Below, in pieces: positions 40,649 through 51,103 of a DNA stretch of 64,000 nucleotides (positions are counted from its first letter, which is position 1; every line of letters starts with the position of its first letter). The DNA is taken from contig JBDRJV010000010.1 of NCBI GenBank assembly GCA_043814605.1, positions 1,340 through 65,339 on the forward strand, given 5' to 3'. Below the pieces are notes generated by a model. That model worked only from the letters and a program-made list of their open reading frames with translations. It searched no databases and was not told where the DNA came from. A program made the translations under genes and the position numbers. The DNA comes from Candidatus Omnitrophota bacterium. GTDB lineage: Bacteria > Omnitrophota > Gorgyraeia > B26-G9.

Positions 40649-42811
40649 ATGCCAATCTATGATTCAAAACAACATATCAAATCTGGAATTCCTTTAGGCG
40701 GTATTGGCGCCGGGAAGTTAGAAATAACGCCTTATGGCACTTTAGATTATATTACTTACCAGAATAATTGGACTAACCCGATATGTAATGCGACAAATAA
40801 AGATAAACAAAAAGCGCAGGGAATTGCGGGTTTTCATTTCGCCTTGTATGTAAATGCCCAGGCCGCGGTAATTTGTAAGTTATTACAGACAGAAAAAATC
40901 CAAAATTATCGGACGATAAGTCAAATTGAATTTAAAGGCGAATTTCCTTATGCGCGTTTGAATTATAAAGATCGTAACTTACCAGTTAAAATTTCTCTTT
41001 GTGCCAATTCAATCTTCATCCCTGCGGATATAAAAAATTCCAGTTTGCCGGCTTGTGTTTTTGAATTTGAAGTTATGAATCCAATGCCGAAGAATATTGA
41101 AGTGGGCATTATGTGTGTAGCGCGGAATTTAATTTCTAAAAACTCCGTGGGCAGATTAAACAGTTTAAAAAAATACGGGAAACTTGTGGGGTTAGAATTC
41201 TTACATACCCAGCCATTAGCGCAGGATTCTCAAGCGGGCGATACTTTCTTGAGTGTTTCCAAAAAATCCGGCAGAATTAGTTTTCTCTCTGGCTGGAATA
41301 TGCAAAAGGAAAATTTTTGTTTTGAACCTAAAGTAGGATTAGATGCTTTTGAATATTTTGAAAAAAATGGCACATTACCTAATCTAAGGATGAAACACCC
41401 TACTCAAAGCCAGAGTTTTGAACTCGGCGGTGCATTAGCTGTAAGTTTTAAATTAACTCCTGGTCAAAATAAAAAAGTACCGTTTTTCTATACCTGGCAT
41501 TTTCCGCAGCATTTTCAGGGCCATTTATATGAAAAAAGTTTTAGAAAAAGTAAAGATGTTGCGATTTATGTAGATAAAAACATAAATTTTTTGCAAGCCA
41601 GAACAAGGCAATTACCCGCGATAATAAAAAGTATGGAACTTGCGCCCTGGTTAGCAGATGCTTTAATGAACAATCTCTATACGCTTTTTTCCTCAAGCTG
41701 GTTAACCCGTAATAATGATTTTACTATGTATGAGTCTCCCTTAATTTGTCCTTTGATGGGGACTTTGGATGTTTATTTTTATGCATCCGTAGTGATTGGC
41801 TTGTTATACCCGGAACTGGATAAAAAAGCTTTATTATTATTTAAAAAAAATATTCGCAAAAACGGATATATACCGCATGATTTAGGGTTAGATAGAATTG
41901 ATTTGCCTTCAAATGGAACAACCATGCTGTTATGGAAAGATTTAAATCCTAAATTTATTCTGCTGGTTTATCGGGCATATCTTTTTTCCGGAGACCGGAA
42001 ATTTTTAAAAGATATGTATCCGGCTCTAAAACGGGTTTTTGAGTGTAGTTTAAACTTCGATAAGAATAATGACGGTTTGCCGGACAATGAAGGTTTTGAT
42101 ACCACTTTTGATACATGGGGATTTACTGGGGCGGGTTCTTATAATGGGAGTATTTTTCTGGTAAGCCTTTTGGCGCTTAAAAAAATTGCGGATTATTTTA
42201 ACGATAAGGGATTAGCAAAAAAGTGCTTACATTGTTTTTTAAAAGGACAAAAAAGTTTTGAGGATAAATTATGGAACGGGAAGTTTTATATCACATCAAA
42301 TGATCAAGATAAGATGTATGAGTCTTGTACTGTTGCGCAATTAGCGGGTCAGTGGTATGCATATCTTTTAGGTTTGGGAAGAGTTTTCCCGGAAGATAAT
42401 ATTAAAAGTGCGATAAAATGGATTTTTAAATTAAATGATCAAGATTCTTCATATGGCGCAACAAATTCTGTATTTGTTAATAAAAGAAGAGATAAAGAAT
42501 CCTACCATTCTCAAAATATTTGGCCGGGCGTGTGTTATTCTTTTGCTGCCTTAGCTATATATGAGGGGTTTGAGAAACAAGCTTTAAAACTAACAAAAAA
42601 AGTTTGGGAAACGATAAGTATAAAAAACAAAAGCCCTTGGAATCAGCCGGATGTAATCATTGCCCAAGACGGAAGTTTCGGGTTTGGTGATTATTATATG
42701 CGTAATAATGTAATTTGGGCTGTGCTTTTAGCTTTAGCAAAAAATAATCCTAACATAGAAATCGGCCTTGAGAAAATCAAGGTTTTAGTCAGATTTATGC
42801 ATAAACTCTAA
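40649..42811 (+). CDS. GH116 family glycoside hydrolase (GBA2-like)
   Basis: GIPLGGIGAG, YES.....GTLDV.FY, PHDLG, WKDLNPKF, DTTFDTW, IWPGV motifs. Confidence 0.9.
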   Translation: MPIYDSKQHIKSGIPLGGIGAGKLEITPYGTLDYITYQNNWTNPICNATNKDKQKAQGIAGFHFALYVNAQAAVICKLLQTEKIQNYRTISQIEFKGEFPYARLNYKDRNLPVKISLCANSIFIPADIKNSSLPACVFEFEVMNPMPKNIEVGIMCVARNLISKNSVGRLNSLKKYGKLVGLEFLHTQPLAQDSQAGDTFLSVSKKSGRISFLSGWNMQKENFCFEPKVGLDAFEYFEKNGTLPNLRMKHPTQSQSFELGGALAVSFKLTPGQNKKVPFFYTWHFPQHFQGHLYEKSFRKSKDVAIYVDKNINFLQARTRQLPAIIKSMELAPWLADALMNNLYTLFSSSWLTRNNDFTMYESPLICPLMGTLDVYFYASVVIGLLYPELDKKALLLFKKNIRKNGYIPHDLGLDRIDLPSNGTTMLLWKDLNPKFILLVYRAYLFSGDRKFLKDMYPALKRVFECSLNFDKNNDGLPDNEGFDTTFDTWGFTGAGSYNGSIFLVSLLALKKIADYFNDKGLAKKCLHCFLKGQKSFEDKLWNGKFYITSNDQDKMYESCTVAQLAGQWYAYLLGLGRVFPEDNIKSAIKWIFKLNDQDSSYGATNSVFVNKRRDKESYHSQNIWPGVCYSFAALAIYEGFEKQALKLTKKVWETISIKNKSPWNQPDVIIAQDGSFGFGDYYMRNNVIWAVLLALAKNNPNIEIGLEKIKVLVRFMHKL

Positions 42812-42910
42812 TCTCGTATTCATAAACCAAAAAATTATAAAACCTAAACCCTAGATCATAAAATCAAAGTAAATTGCAAACATTTTTTTGATATGGTATA
42901 ATTTTCGCTA

Positions 42911-43375
42911 ATGGGGAAAATGGAAAAAAAGACAATTGCGACTAATAAAAAAGCTTTATATCAATATGATATTGCGGAGAAAATTGAAGCGGGGATTGAG
43001 CTTTGCGGTACAGAGGTTAAATCTTTAAGGCAGAACAAGTTAGATTTAAAAGACAGCTTTGCCCGGATTAATAATGGAGAAGTATTTTTACATAATTTAT
43101 ATATAAGTCCTTATGATAAAGGCAGTTATAATAATGTTGACCCCCGGCGTATAAGGAAACTTTTATTACATAAAGCCCAAATCAGTAAGCTGATTGGCAA
43201 AATTAATCAAAAAGGCTTTACATTAATTGCGATTAGTTTATACTTTAATGACAAAGGTAAAGCTAAGGTAAATTTGGCATTAGCCAAAGGGCGTAAACTT
43301 TATGATCAGCGGGATAAGATCAAGGATAAGGAAACTGAACAGCGTTTGCGTAAAATATCCAGTATCCGGAAATAA
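42911..43375 (+). CDS. smpB: SsrA-binding protein
   Basis: NKKA, EAGIEL.GTEVKSLR, RKLLLHK, AKGRK.YD.R. Confidence 0.97.
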   Translation: MGKMEKKTIATNKKALYQYDIAEKIEAGIELCGTEVKSLRQNKLDLKDSFARINNGEVFLHNLYISPYDKGSYNNVDPRRIRKLLLHKAQISKLIGKINQKGFTLIAISLYFNDKGKAKVNLALAKGRKLYDQRDKIKDKETEQRLRKISSIRK

Positions 43376-43545
43376 AACGCTAATGGCGATTCGAGTTCAT
43401 AAAGCTATAAAGTTTATAAAGTGAAAAGCAGGTTACGGGCTAACTGGTTAACACTTGAACATAAGATAAATTACTAAAAAATTTAACGTTGTTTTTTCTA
43501 ATCGTTAACCGCTATACACTAAACGCTTATAGTTAATAGGAATTG

Positions 43546-43974
43546 GGGGGTGAAAGGGTTCGACTTAAGTGGATTAAGTAAGAGCAGCATGTCGAGGTGG
43601 TCGGGAGGCCTCGTTAAACACCTGGCAAAAAAATAAACGCTAAAACTGAAGTTCCAGCTAGCGTGGATGCACTTCTTGAAAAAATCGGAACGGGCATTGC
43701 TCATCCGACATTTTCCGGAATGCTTCCAACACCAGTGTTGTTTTAAAATAAAACAACCCGCTTTTTTATCTGCGCCTGCGGGGTAGAAAAGCGTCATCAG
43801 CAGGATCGTCCCGCCGCCTAGCTTTTAGCGGGCGGGATTAAACCCTTAAAAGCTGCCTTTTGAAATACCCTGTTTGCTGGGGATTTTAAAAGAAAGATTT
43901 ATAAACAGACTAAACATGTAGATACTCTTATTGGTTGCTTAAGGACGCGAGTTCAATTCTCGCCACCTCCACCA
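43546..43974 (+). ncRNA. ssrA: tmRNA
   Basis: 5' GGGGGTGAAAGGGTTCGAC and 3' GACGCGAGTTCAATTCTCGCCACCTCCACCA with G3.U70-type acceptor stem; follows smpB. Confidence 0.95.
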
Positions 43975-44333
43975 AATTTTCTTGCGAAAATTTCCACAGG
44001 AGAAAACGAAGTTTTCCCCTTATGGCGCTCGCCATCATGCATTGGGCTCGCTGTAACCCCTTTCCAAATGGAATAGATCTTAGTCAAAGAAGAAGGGGAG
44101 TATCCCCCTCTTCTTTAGAAATCTGTACCCCCTATAAAGGAGTCGCTTCGCGACCTGGAATAATAGAGTTATGATTTTGGTGGGTTCTATGGTGTTGAAA
44201 ATTGATTTTTGTGATATAATACATACTGTTCAAGGAGTTATGGCGTTTGCAAGTAAGACATCCGCCACCTCTACCAAATTTTCTTGCGAAAATTTCCACA
44301 GGAGAAAACGAAGTTTTCTTTTTATGGCGTTCG
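43961..44333 (+). repeat. ~70-bp direct repeat of the ssrA 3' end plus downstream palindromes (43961-44032 and 44263-44333)
   Basis: cgccacctc(c/t)accaaattttcttgcgaaaatttccacaggagaaaacgaagttttc...ttatggcg occurs twice. Confidence 0.9.
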
Positions 44334-46193
44334 TCTCGCTGTTGCCGGGAGCATTTCTTCGATAAACTTCCATGATTCGGGGTACCAGCTTAATCCATTA
44401 ATTTCAAATTTATGAATATATTCTAAGTAGTTGTGGTTGTGGTTATTCCCGGCGAAATAAACAAAAAAATTCCGAGTAATCTGATTATTTTCATTAATAT
44501 CAAAAATAGAAGGATATAATATATCTGCTTGTATTTTTAATTCCTGGAAGATTGTCGGAGCAATATTATTGAGTCCTACCGGAGCATCAGAAACCTGTAG
44601 TTGAGTATTGGTTTTAAAAGGTTTAACGAGGATTAAAGGTAAAGCGCGGGAGATTTTGCATTCAAGGTTATTATAACTAAAATAATCTGATTTTTTTGAT
44701 GCGCCTATTTGTTCAAAGCCTGAGATTTCGCAATTAGAGCCATGGTCGCCGATAATAAAAATCAATGAATTATCATAAAGATTGTTTTCTTTAAGAATTT
44801 CTAAAAATTTTAAAGTTATTTTTAAATGTCCTTTAGCGCAGGAAATAAATGATTTTCTGGTTTGAGGCAAATTGTTATAATGAATTTTCAAGTTTTCATC
44901 TAGACATAACGGCGGGTGAAATCCACTTAGATGATAATATTTGAAAGTTGGCAGCGGACTGTCTAAAGATATATTATTAACTGCGTTTTGTGTAAACAGA
45001 GCAAAATCATTATTTAATGTGTTTTCCGAATAAATTATTTCATTGTGTAATTCTTCCGGATTATCTGGGAGTAGTTTTAAATCACAGCCTGTTTTAAAAG
45101 TTAGTATTTTTTGAATATTGTTCAAGGAGAAGATTCTTTTTAAAAACCAAGTGCGGTTATTGTAAATATATCTTCTAAAATAATGCGGCATTATTCTAAA
45201 TAATGCCGCATCGTATAATTGAATAATATCAAAGAATTCATCGTTGGCAGATGTTCGAACAGTATTTTCATTAGTTTTAGGCTTAGGATCGATCGTGTTT
45301 TTTATATAATTCGATGCTATTCTTTTATCAATTAATACCCTTACATAAGCGTACAAATCTACTAAAAATCCGTTTTCTTTCAGCTTTTTAGGAAGGCAGG
45401 AGCTAGATAAATAAGCTTTTTCAATAAATAAATCTATCGGCAGAGTATTATCATAATATTTACCAGTTAAAATTACAGGTGTAGAAAATTCTGTTACAGG
45501 AAAAGCTCCTAAAGCATTTCGGTAATAGGTGAAACCGGCAAAATTGTTTCTCATGGTTTTGTCGTGTTCAATTATTTCGTTAAACCAATCAGATTGAAAA
45601 CTGTCTAGAACAAGAATAATCACATTTTTTTCTTCTGAAAATCTGAATTTATTAGAAGAATCAATTGTGCATTCATGACGTTGTGCTATAGACGTATCAT
45701 TTTTGCTATTTATGTATGAAAATATAAGGGAAAATAACTGAATTAAAATTAAGATTATACTGGTTTTTTTTGCAAAACTGTAAACAAGATTTGTTTTTCG
45801 AGTGAGTAATGTAAAGGTAAGAATATAAACCCCAATATCAATAATCCCTCGATAATGAAATTTGCCCCAGTCAATGTGTTTACCGTCAAACAATCCGTAA
45901 TCCCAGACCAAAATATTAGCGTTAAACCAAAACAGAAAACCTAAGACAAATAAAGTGCTGATATTTTTTTTAAATCTGTCTATATTTTTATTGTATGCTG
46001 TTAATAAATAAAGTAAAAAAATTAATGTAATTGTTATTTTGAAACAGGTAAGTACTAATCTGAAAAAAGAAGAATAAAAATTGAAATTATTTAAGTTTGC
46101 CAGGTAGAGATGTAAGGGGACAAAGAAAAAAACTGTTAAAACAAAAAAACTTACTACAACTAAAGAATGTGCAAGTTTGTTCTCTTTATTCAC
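44322..46193 (-). CDS. Membrane-anchored sulfatase/alkaline-phosphatase-superfamily protein
   Basis: Five N-terminal TMs; NVIILVLDS, FPVT..S...ILTG, YH..G.HPP, IIGDHG. Confidence 0.8.
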   Translation of the reverse strand: MNKENKLAHSLVVVSFFVLTVFFFVPLHLYLANLNNFNFYSSFFRLVLTCFKITITLIFLLYLLTAYNKNIDRFKKNISTLFVLGFLFWFNANILVWDYGLFDGKHIDWGKFHYRGIIDIGVYILTFTLLTRKTNLVYSFAKKTSIILILIQLFSLIFSYINSKNDTSIAQRHECTIDSSNKFRFSEEKNVIILVLDSFQSDWFNEIIEHDKTMRNNFAGFTYYRNALGAFPVTEFSTPVILTGKYYDNTLPIDLFIEKAYLSSSCLPKKLKENGFLVDLYAYVRVLIDKRIASNYIKNTIDPKPKTNENTVRTSANDEFFDIIQLYDAALFRIMPHYFRRYIYNNRTWFLKRIFSLNNIQKILTFKTGCDLKLLPDNPEELHNEIIYSENTLNNDFALFTQNAVNNISLDSPLPTFKYYHLSGFHPPLCLDENLKIHYNNLPQTRKSFISCAKGHLKITLKFLEILKENNLYDNSLIFIIGDHGSNCEISGFEQIGASKKSDYFSYNNLECKISRALPLILVKPFKTNTQLQVSDAPVGLNNIAPTIFQELKIQADILYPSIFDINENNQITRNFFVYFAGNNHNHNYLEYIHKFEINGLSWYPESWKFIEEMLPATARRTP

Positions 46194-47574
46194 AGGATTC
46201 CTTTTGTTTAAATAAATAAATTTTTCTTAAGGATTGGGTTATGTCTTTACACTTTTGCAGTTCAAAATACCGCTGAAAAACATTTTCAAATTGCGATTGA
46301 TAGTAATCGTCAAAGATATCTTTACGGTCCTTAAGCATTTTTTCAACTTGGGAATCATTTTTGGGAATAAATTCAATGATTAGCCATTTACAGATCTGGC
46401 TAAAGAATTTAGCTAAATTCTCAAAACAGATATTATCAGTAATTCTTAAGTGGTGCATTAATCCTAGCACGAAAACCATATCTGCGGGGCCTCGTTTAAC
46501 TAAAGAATCTCTTTCTTGATTAGCCCAGCCCAGGCTAGGGCTGGGATTGGCAATATCAACAACCAGAGGTAAAATATTTTTTAGATTAGCATTTTGACAT
46601 TGATGATAATTCTTTTCAATGCAGGATTCATTTTTATCTAAAGATAAAGTAAAAATTCCTTTTTCCTGGGCAATTTGGCTAAATATCCCGGTATTTGCTC
46701 CTAAGTCCCAAATGTTTTCAGGATTAGTTTGGGCTAAAAAATTATTAACTAGTTGCTGTTTATTTTTTAAAGCCTCAGGAGTATAACTATTTTGTTCATT
46801 ATAATAATTATCCCAATAAGTTGCTTGAGGCTTCCAATATAAATTTTTTACAGTGTTTTCTAGATTATCAATTAGTGCGCAGAGAGATTTTTTACTTATT
46901 TTTTGCCCAGAAGAATTAATTTCTTTTTGAAAAAATATATTTTGTGTTTTTGCATGCAGGTGAATATGGGTTAATAATGAAAAATTAAAATAACTTGAAA
47001 AAGGAAGCAGTTTACTGGCGAAAGCTAAAGGAACTCCGTCAATAAAAGACTTAAAAAAAGAAGTGCATTCTGGCCCAGCGTATTTTATTAAAGCTAACGG
47101 GGCTAAAAAATGCTGTATAAATTGTTTGTAACCTGGCCACAATTGATTATTTTTGTATTTTTCAAAGGAGAGAGTATCAATTAAAATTGGATGGCAATCT
47201 TTAAATTGAATATTATAAACGCTAGAGTCTTTTAAAATCATGCCAAATTCTAGAGCTATTTTTTGAACTTTTAAAGTTAATAATGCAGCATCTTTTAACT
47301 GGCTAAAACACCATTCGTAAGGGTAAGATACAAAAGGGATTTTTTCCGGCTGAATAATTTTATAATGGCTGGGCAGAGAACTAATATTTAAAGAAACTTC
47401 CTGATGAGGAATGAGTAAATTTTCCTGACTTAGCTGTGTATAGAGTCCGGATTGCATTAAATGATCATAATTTTCTTTATAATCATAATTAATTTGGCGG
47501 TATAAGACATGGTTATGATATAAAATAAAACCGCTAGGATCACGGAATGAGGCTGAATGTATTTTATTTACCAT
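46186..47574 (-). CDS. SAM-dependent methyltransferase (NoeA-like)
   Basis: SFRDPSG, SYPYEW.FSQLKDAA, WDLGANTG.FS, NPSPSLGW. Confidence 0.8.
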   Translation of the reverse strand: MVNKIHSASFRDPSGFILYHNHVLYRQINYDYKENYDHLMQSGLYTQLSQENLLIPHQEVSLNISSLPSHYKIIQPEKIPFVSYPYEWCFSQLKDAALLTLKVQKIALEFGMILKDSSVYNIQFKDCHPILIDTLSFEKYKNNQLWPGYKQFIQHFLAPLALIKYAGPECTSFFKSFIDGVPLAFASKLLPFSSYFNFSLLTHIHLHAKTQNIFFQKEINSSGQKISKKSLCALIDNLENTVKNLYWKPQATYWDNYYNEQNSYTPEALKNKQQLVNNFLAQTNPENIWDLGANTGIFSQIAQEKGIFTLSLDKNESCIEKNYHQCQNANLKNILPLVVDIANPSPSLGWANQERDSLVKRGPADMVFVLGLMHHLRITDNICFENLAKFFSQICKWLIIEFIPKNDSQVEKMLKDRKDIFDDYYQSQFENVFQRYFELQKCKDITQSLRKIYLFKQKESCE

Positions 47575-47803
47575 CTAAATGTTTATTTTTCCGAGAAAAA
47601 AAAGATTTAAGAAAAGATTTATATTTATTAAAAATCAATTTTAAAACAAAAAAACCACTGAGTAATCCGGCGATTATTAGCTGAAATAAATTGCTGCCGC
47701 TACCAGGATCAAGATAAGCATAACTTGTTTTAGTGAAAACAGTTATATAAATGAAAATAAAAGTAATATAAAATAACATGGTTTTTATTGGTTTCTCATG
47801 CAT
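47564..47803 (-). CDS. Small membrane protein with YLDPGSGS motif
   Basis: Signal-like N-terminus, AYLDPGSGS, TM helix, basic tail; overlaps the next gene. Confidence 0.7.
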   Translation of the reverse strand: MHEKPIKTMLFYITFIFIYITVFTKTSYAYLDPGSGSNLFQLIIAGLLSGFFVLKLIFNKYKSFLKSFFSRKNKHLDGK

Positions 47804-47972
47804 TCTTAATTTTCTTTTGCAAATAATCTCTTCTTATTATATAGAAATATTGTTAAAATTCAAACAGGAAATTTTATGATCATTAAATTAGGTTTTTCTG
47901 TTGGCAAAAATAGTACTTAGTGATACAATACTACGCATAACACTAATCCGCTAATTAAAATAGAATTAAAAG

Positions 47973-49088
47973 ATGTTTAAAAATAAATATAAATATAATT
48001 TGACAGTTTTAATATTTTTTTCAGTTATTCTTTCTCTAACTCTAAGTGGCTGTGCTGGTTCGGGAAAAACAAGAGCATCTTTGGGTAAAATAACGGAAAG
48101 ATCAGTTAAAATTAACGGAAAACGTTATGTTTCTGTTTTTGAAATTTGTAAAAATCAAAATATTTCCTATGATTGGGACGGATTTTCTAATATTATTACT
48201 TTAAAAAAAGAAGGTATTCAGATAAAGCTTTGTCTGGGCAGTTCGCTGATACTGTATGCAGATCAAGTGCATGATTTGGAATCACCGGTGCGAGTTTATA
48301 ACGGTTTAATTATGGCCCCGGATTCTTTTGTAAAATTTTTTCTGATAGAAAAAGAAATAATTCCGCCAAAAGAAGCAAAACCAGGTATTTTTAAAATTAA
48401 AAAAATAGTTATCGACGCTGGCCACGGGGGAAAAGATCCCGGAGCTGTTGGTAAAAGTGGCATAAAAGAGAAAGACATTGTTTTAGATCTTGCCCAGCGT
48501 TTAGGTAAAGAGCTTAAAAAACAAGGCATTAATGTAGTTTTAACTCGGAATACGGATATTTTCCATTCTTTGCAAAAACGCAGTCAGATTGCAAATGAAG
48601 AAAATGCAGATTTTTTTATCAGTATCCATGCCAATGCTGCGCAAACATCATCGGCACAGGGGTTTGAAGCCTATTATTTATCTGTAGATCATGATGATTT
48701 TTCTAAAGCTGTGCAAATCAGAGAAAATGCCGCAATAAAATTTGAAGACAATACAGAATACCAATATTCAACAGATTTAAATGCAACACTTTGGGACATG
48801 ATTCTTTCCGAAAATAGGATTGAATCCATAAAGATGGCAAAATTTGTGGCTGACGAATTAAAAAGAAATTTAAAATTAAATACGCGCTATATCAAAGGTG
48901 CTAATTTTTATGTTTTAAAAGGCGCAAAAATGCCGGCGGTTCTTTTAGAAGCCGGGTACTTGACAAATTCTCAGGAAGCCGCCAGGCTTAATAATGCATA
49001 TTATCGCCAGATGTTGGCCGAGGCAATTAGTTCCGGGATTATAAAATATAAAAGAACGTTTGAATTAAATAATGGGTTTAGCCGATGA
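47973..49088 (+). CDS. N-acetylmuramoyl-L-alanine amidase (Amidase_3), predicted lipoprotein
   Basis: LSGC lipobox; IDAGHGGKDPGA, FISIHAN, VLLEAGYLTN. Confidence 0.93.
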   Translation: MFKNKYKYNLTVLIFFSVILSLTLSGCAGSGKTRASLGKITERSVKINGKRYVSVFEICKNQNISYDWDGFSNIITLKKEGIQIKLCLGSSLILYADQVHDLESPVRVYNGLIMAPDSFVKFFLIEKEIIPPKEAKPGIFKIKKIVIDAGHGGKDPGAVGKSGIKEKDIVLDLAQRLGKELKKQGINVVLTRNTDIFHSLQKRSQIANEENADFFISIHANAAQTSSAQGFEAYYLSVDHDDFSKAVQIRENAAIKFEDNTEYQYSTDLNATLWDMILSENRIESIKMAKFVADELKRNLKLNTRYIKGANFYVLKGAKMPAVLLEAGYLTNSQEAARLNNAYYRQMLAEAISSGIIKYKRTFELNNGFSR

Positions 49089-49894
49089 ATAATTTAAGAC
49101 CGATAGGAATTTTTGATTCTGGCATGGGGGGATTAACAGTTGTCAAAGAGGTAATGCGTACACTGCCGCAGGAAAAGATCATTTATTTTGGGGATACAGC
49201 GCGTGTGCCTTATGGGCCAAAATCAAAAGAAACTGTTGTGCGTTTCTCAATTGAGAATATTCTTTTTTTGCTTAAACATAATGTAAAAATGATAATTATT
49301 GCCTGTAATACAGCTTCCAGTGTGGCGCTTTCTATTGTCCAGGAAAATTTTAAGGTGCCGGTTATGGGTGTAATTACCCCGGGGGTAAAAAAAGCTTTGA
49401 GTATTACAAAAAATAATCGGATTGGAGTTATTGGCACAAAGACAACAATAAAAAGTAAATCCTATGAAAAGCAAATACTTAAAATTTCTAAAAATACAAA
49501 AATATACAGTAATGCTTGTCCGTTATTTGTGCCTTTAGTGGAAGAAGGCTGGTTAAATCGGCCGATAACCAAGATTATTGCGCAAGAATATTTGTCTCCT
49601 TTTAAAAAGAAAAAAATTGATACAATGATCTTAGGCTGCACTCATTATCCGTTATTAAAGCCGGTGATAAAAGATGTCTTAGGCACAGGAGTAGTTTTGG
49701 TTGATTCCGCTAAGGAAGTTGCTCAAGGGGCTAAACAAATTTTAGTTAAAGAGAATTTACTGGCGACAAAACAAAAATCAAAAATCAATAATATCAGTTT
49801 TTATGTTAGCGACGAACCGGAAAATTTTTCGCATCTGGGGCAAAAATTTTTAGGTTTTGCTCTTAATAATGTAAAGAAGGTAAATCATGTTTGA
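49085..49894 (+). CDS. murI: Glutamate racemase
   Basis: IFDSGMGGLTV, IACNTAS, LGCTHYP. Confidence 0.97.
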   Translation: MNNLRPIGIFDSGMGGLTVVKEVMRTLPQEKIIYFGDTARVPYGPKSKETVVRFSIENILFLLKHNVKMIIIACNTASSVALSIVQENFKVPVMGVITPGVKKALSITKNNRIGVIGTKTTIKSKSYEKQILKISKNTKIYSNACPLFVPLVEEGWLNRPITKIIAQEYLSPFKKKKIDTMILGCTHYPLLKPVIKDVLGTGVVLVDSAKEVAQGAKQILVKENLLATKQKSKINNISFYVSDEPENFSHLGQKFLGFALNNVKKVNHV

Positions 49895-50255
49895 AATTAG
49901 CGTAAGTATGGATTTCAGTGCGGCACATAACTTGCGTAATTATCAAGGTAAGTGCGAGAGACTGCACGGACATAATTGGCAGGTTGAGGTAACGTTTGGA
50001 TCAGAAAAATTAGATAAAAGTAATATGGTCATGGATTTTTCTCAAGCAAAAAAAATGTTAAAGCAGGTACTTGCATATTTCGATCATTCTTATATTAATG
50101 AAACAGAATATTTCAAAAAATTTAATCCCACTTCTGAAAATATTGCAAAATTTATTTTTGAAAAGCTAAAATCAGAAGCAAAAAAAATGGATTGTGATGT
50201 TATGCGTGTTAATGTTTGGGAAACACCGCGGAGTAAGGCAACTTATTATGAGTAG
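49887..50255 (+). CDS. queD: 6-carboxytetrahydropterin synthase
   Basis: FSAAH, C..LHGHN, PTSENIA, VWET. Confidence 0.95.
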   Translation: MFEISVSMDFSAAHNLRNYQGKCERLHGHNWQVEVTFGSEKLDKSNMVMDFSQAKKMLKQVLAYFDHSYINETEYFKKFNPTSENIAKFIFEKLKSEAKKMDCDVMRVNVWETPRSKATYYE

Positions 50256-50413
50256 AGAGAATCTAAAAGCTATTATTAATAAGATGAGAATATAAACAAA
50301 AACTATAGTGTTTAGCGGTTAGAGGTTAGAGGGGATTTTTTAATTTTAGAAAAATAAATACTCTCTCTACTCTTTTCTTGCTACTCGCTACTTAATTGTT
50401 TTAAAGGTGAGTT

Positions 50414-51103
50414 GTGCTAAAAAAAGAACTGCTTAATAAAAAAGTGAAGAAAGCCGTGGTTTTGTTATCCGGAGGATTGGATTCTACGGTTACGCTTTAT
50501 TATGCAAAAACTCAGGGTTATCAAACTTATGCGTTAACCTTTGATTATGGCCAGCGTCATAAAAAAGAAATTAATTTAGCCCGGCAGATTGCCGGAAAAG
50601 CAAAAAGCTCCTGGCGGTTAGTGAAGATGCAGTTGCCCTGGGGCGGGTCAGCATTGTTGGATAAAAAAATAAAAATCCCCCAAAGGCGAAAAAATATGAA
50701 TAATATTCCCGCAACTTATGTTGCGGCGAGAAATATAATTTTTTTAAGTTTTGCCGCTTCCTGTGCAGAAACAATAAAGGCAGAAGCGATTTTTATCGGA
50801 GCAAATCAAATTGATTACTCCGGGTATCCGGATTGCCGAATGAGTTTTTTGAAAATGTTTGAAAAGATTTTGGAAAAAGGGACAAAACAAGGAACTGGCG
50901 GTAAGAAAATTTCTGTTTGTGCTCCATTAGTTAAAAAAAATAAAGAACAAATTGTAAAAATGGCTTTAGATTTAAAAATTCCGCTGGAACTGACCTGGTC
51001 GTGTTATCTGGGCGGTAAATATCCTTGCGGTATTTGCGATAGCTGTGTTTTAAGAAAACAGGGTTTTATGGCTGCGAAAACTAAAGACCCGGCTTATGCA
51101 TAA
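50414..51103 (+). CDS. queC: 7-cyano-7-deazaguanine synthase
   Basis: LLSGGLDS, YGQRH, DYSGYPDCR, TWSCY...CG.CDSC. Confidence 0.96.
   Translation: MLKKELLNKKVKKAVVLLSGGLDSTVTLYYAKTQGYQTYALTFDYGQRHKKEINLARQIAGKAKSSWRLVKMQLPWGGSALLDKKIKIPQRRKNMNNIPATYVAARNIIFLSFAASCAETIKAEAIFIGANQIDYSGYPDCRMSFLKMFEKILEKGTKQGTGGKKISVCAPLVKKNKEQIVKMALDLKIPLELTWSCYLGGKYPCGICDSCVLRKQGFMAAKTKDPAYA

Noticed and set aside
43519-44365. ORFs 43519-43797 (-), 43935-44174 and 44171-44365
   Set aside because: They overlap the tmRNA and the direct repeat; their shared peptide is only the DNA repeat translated.
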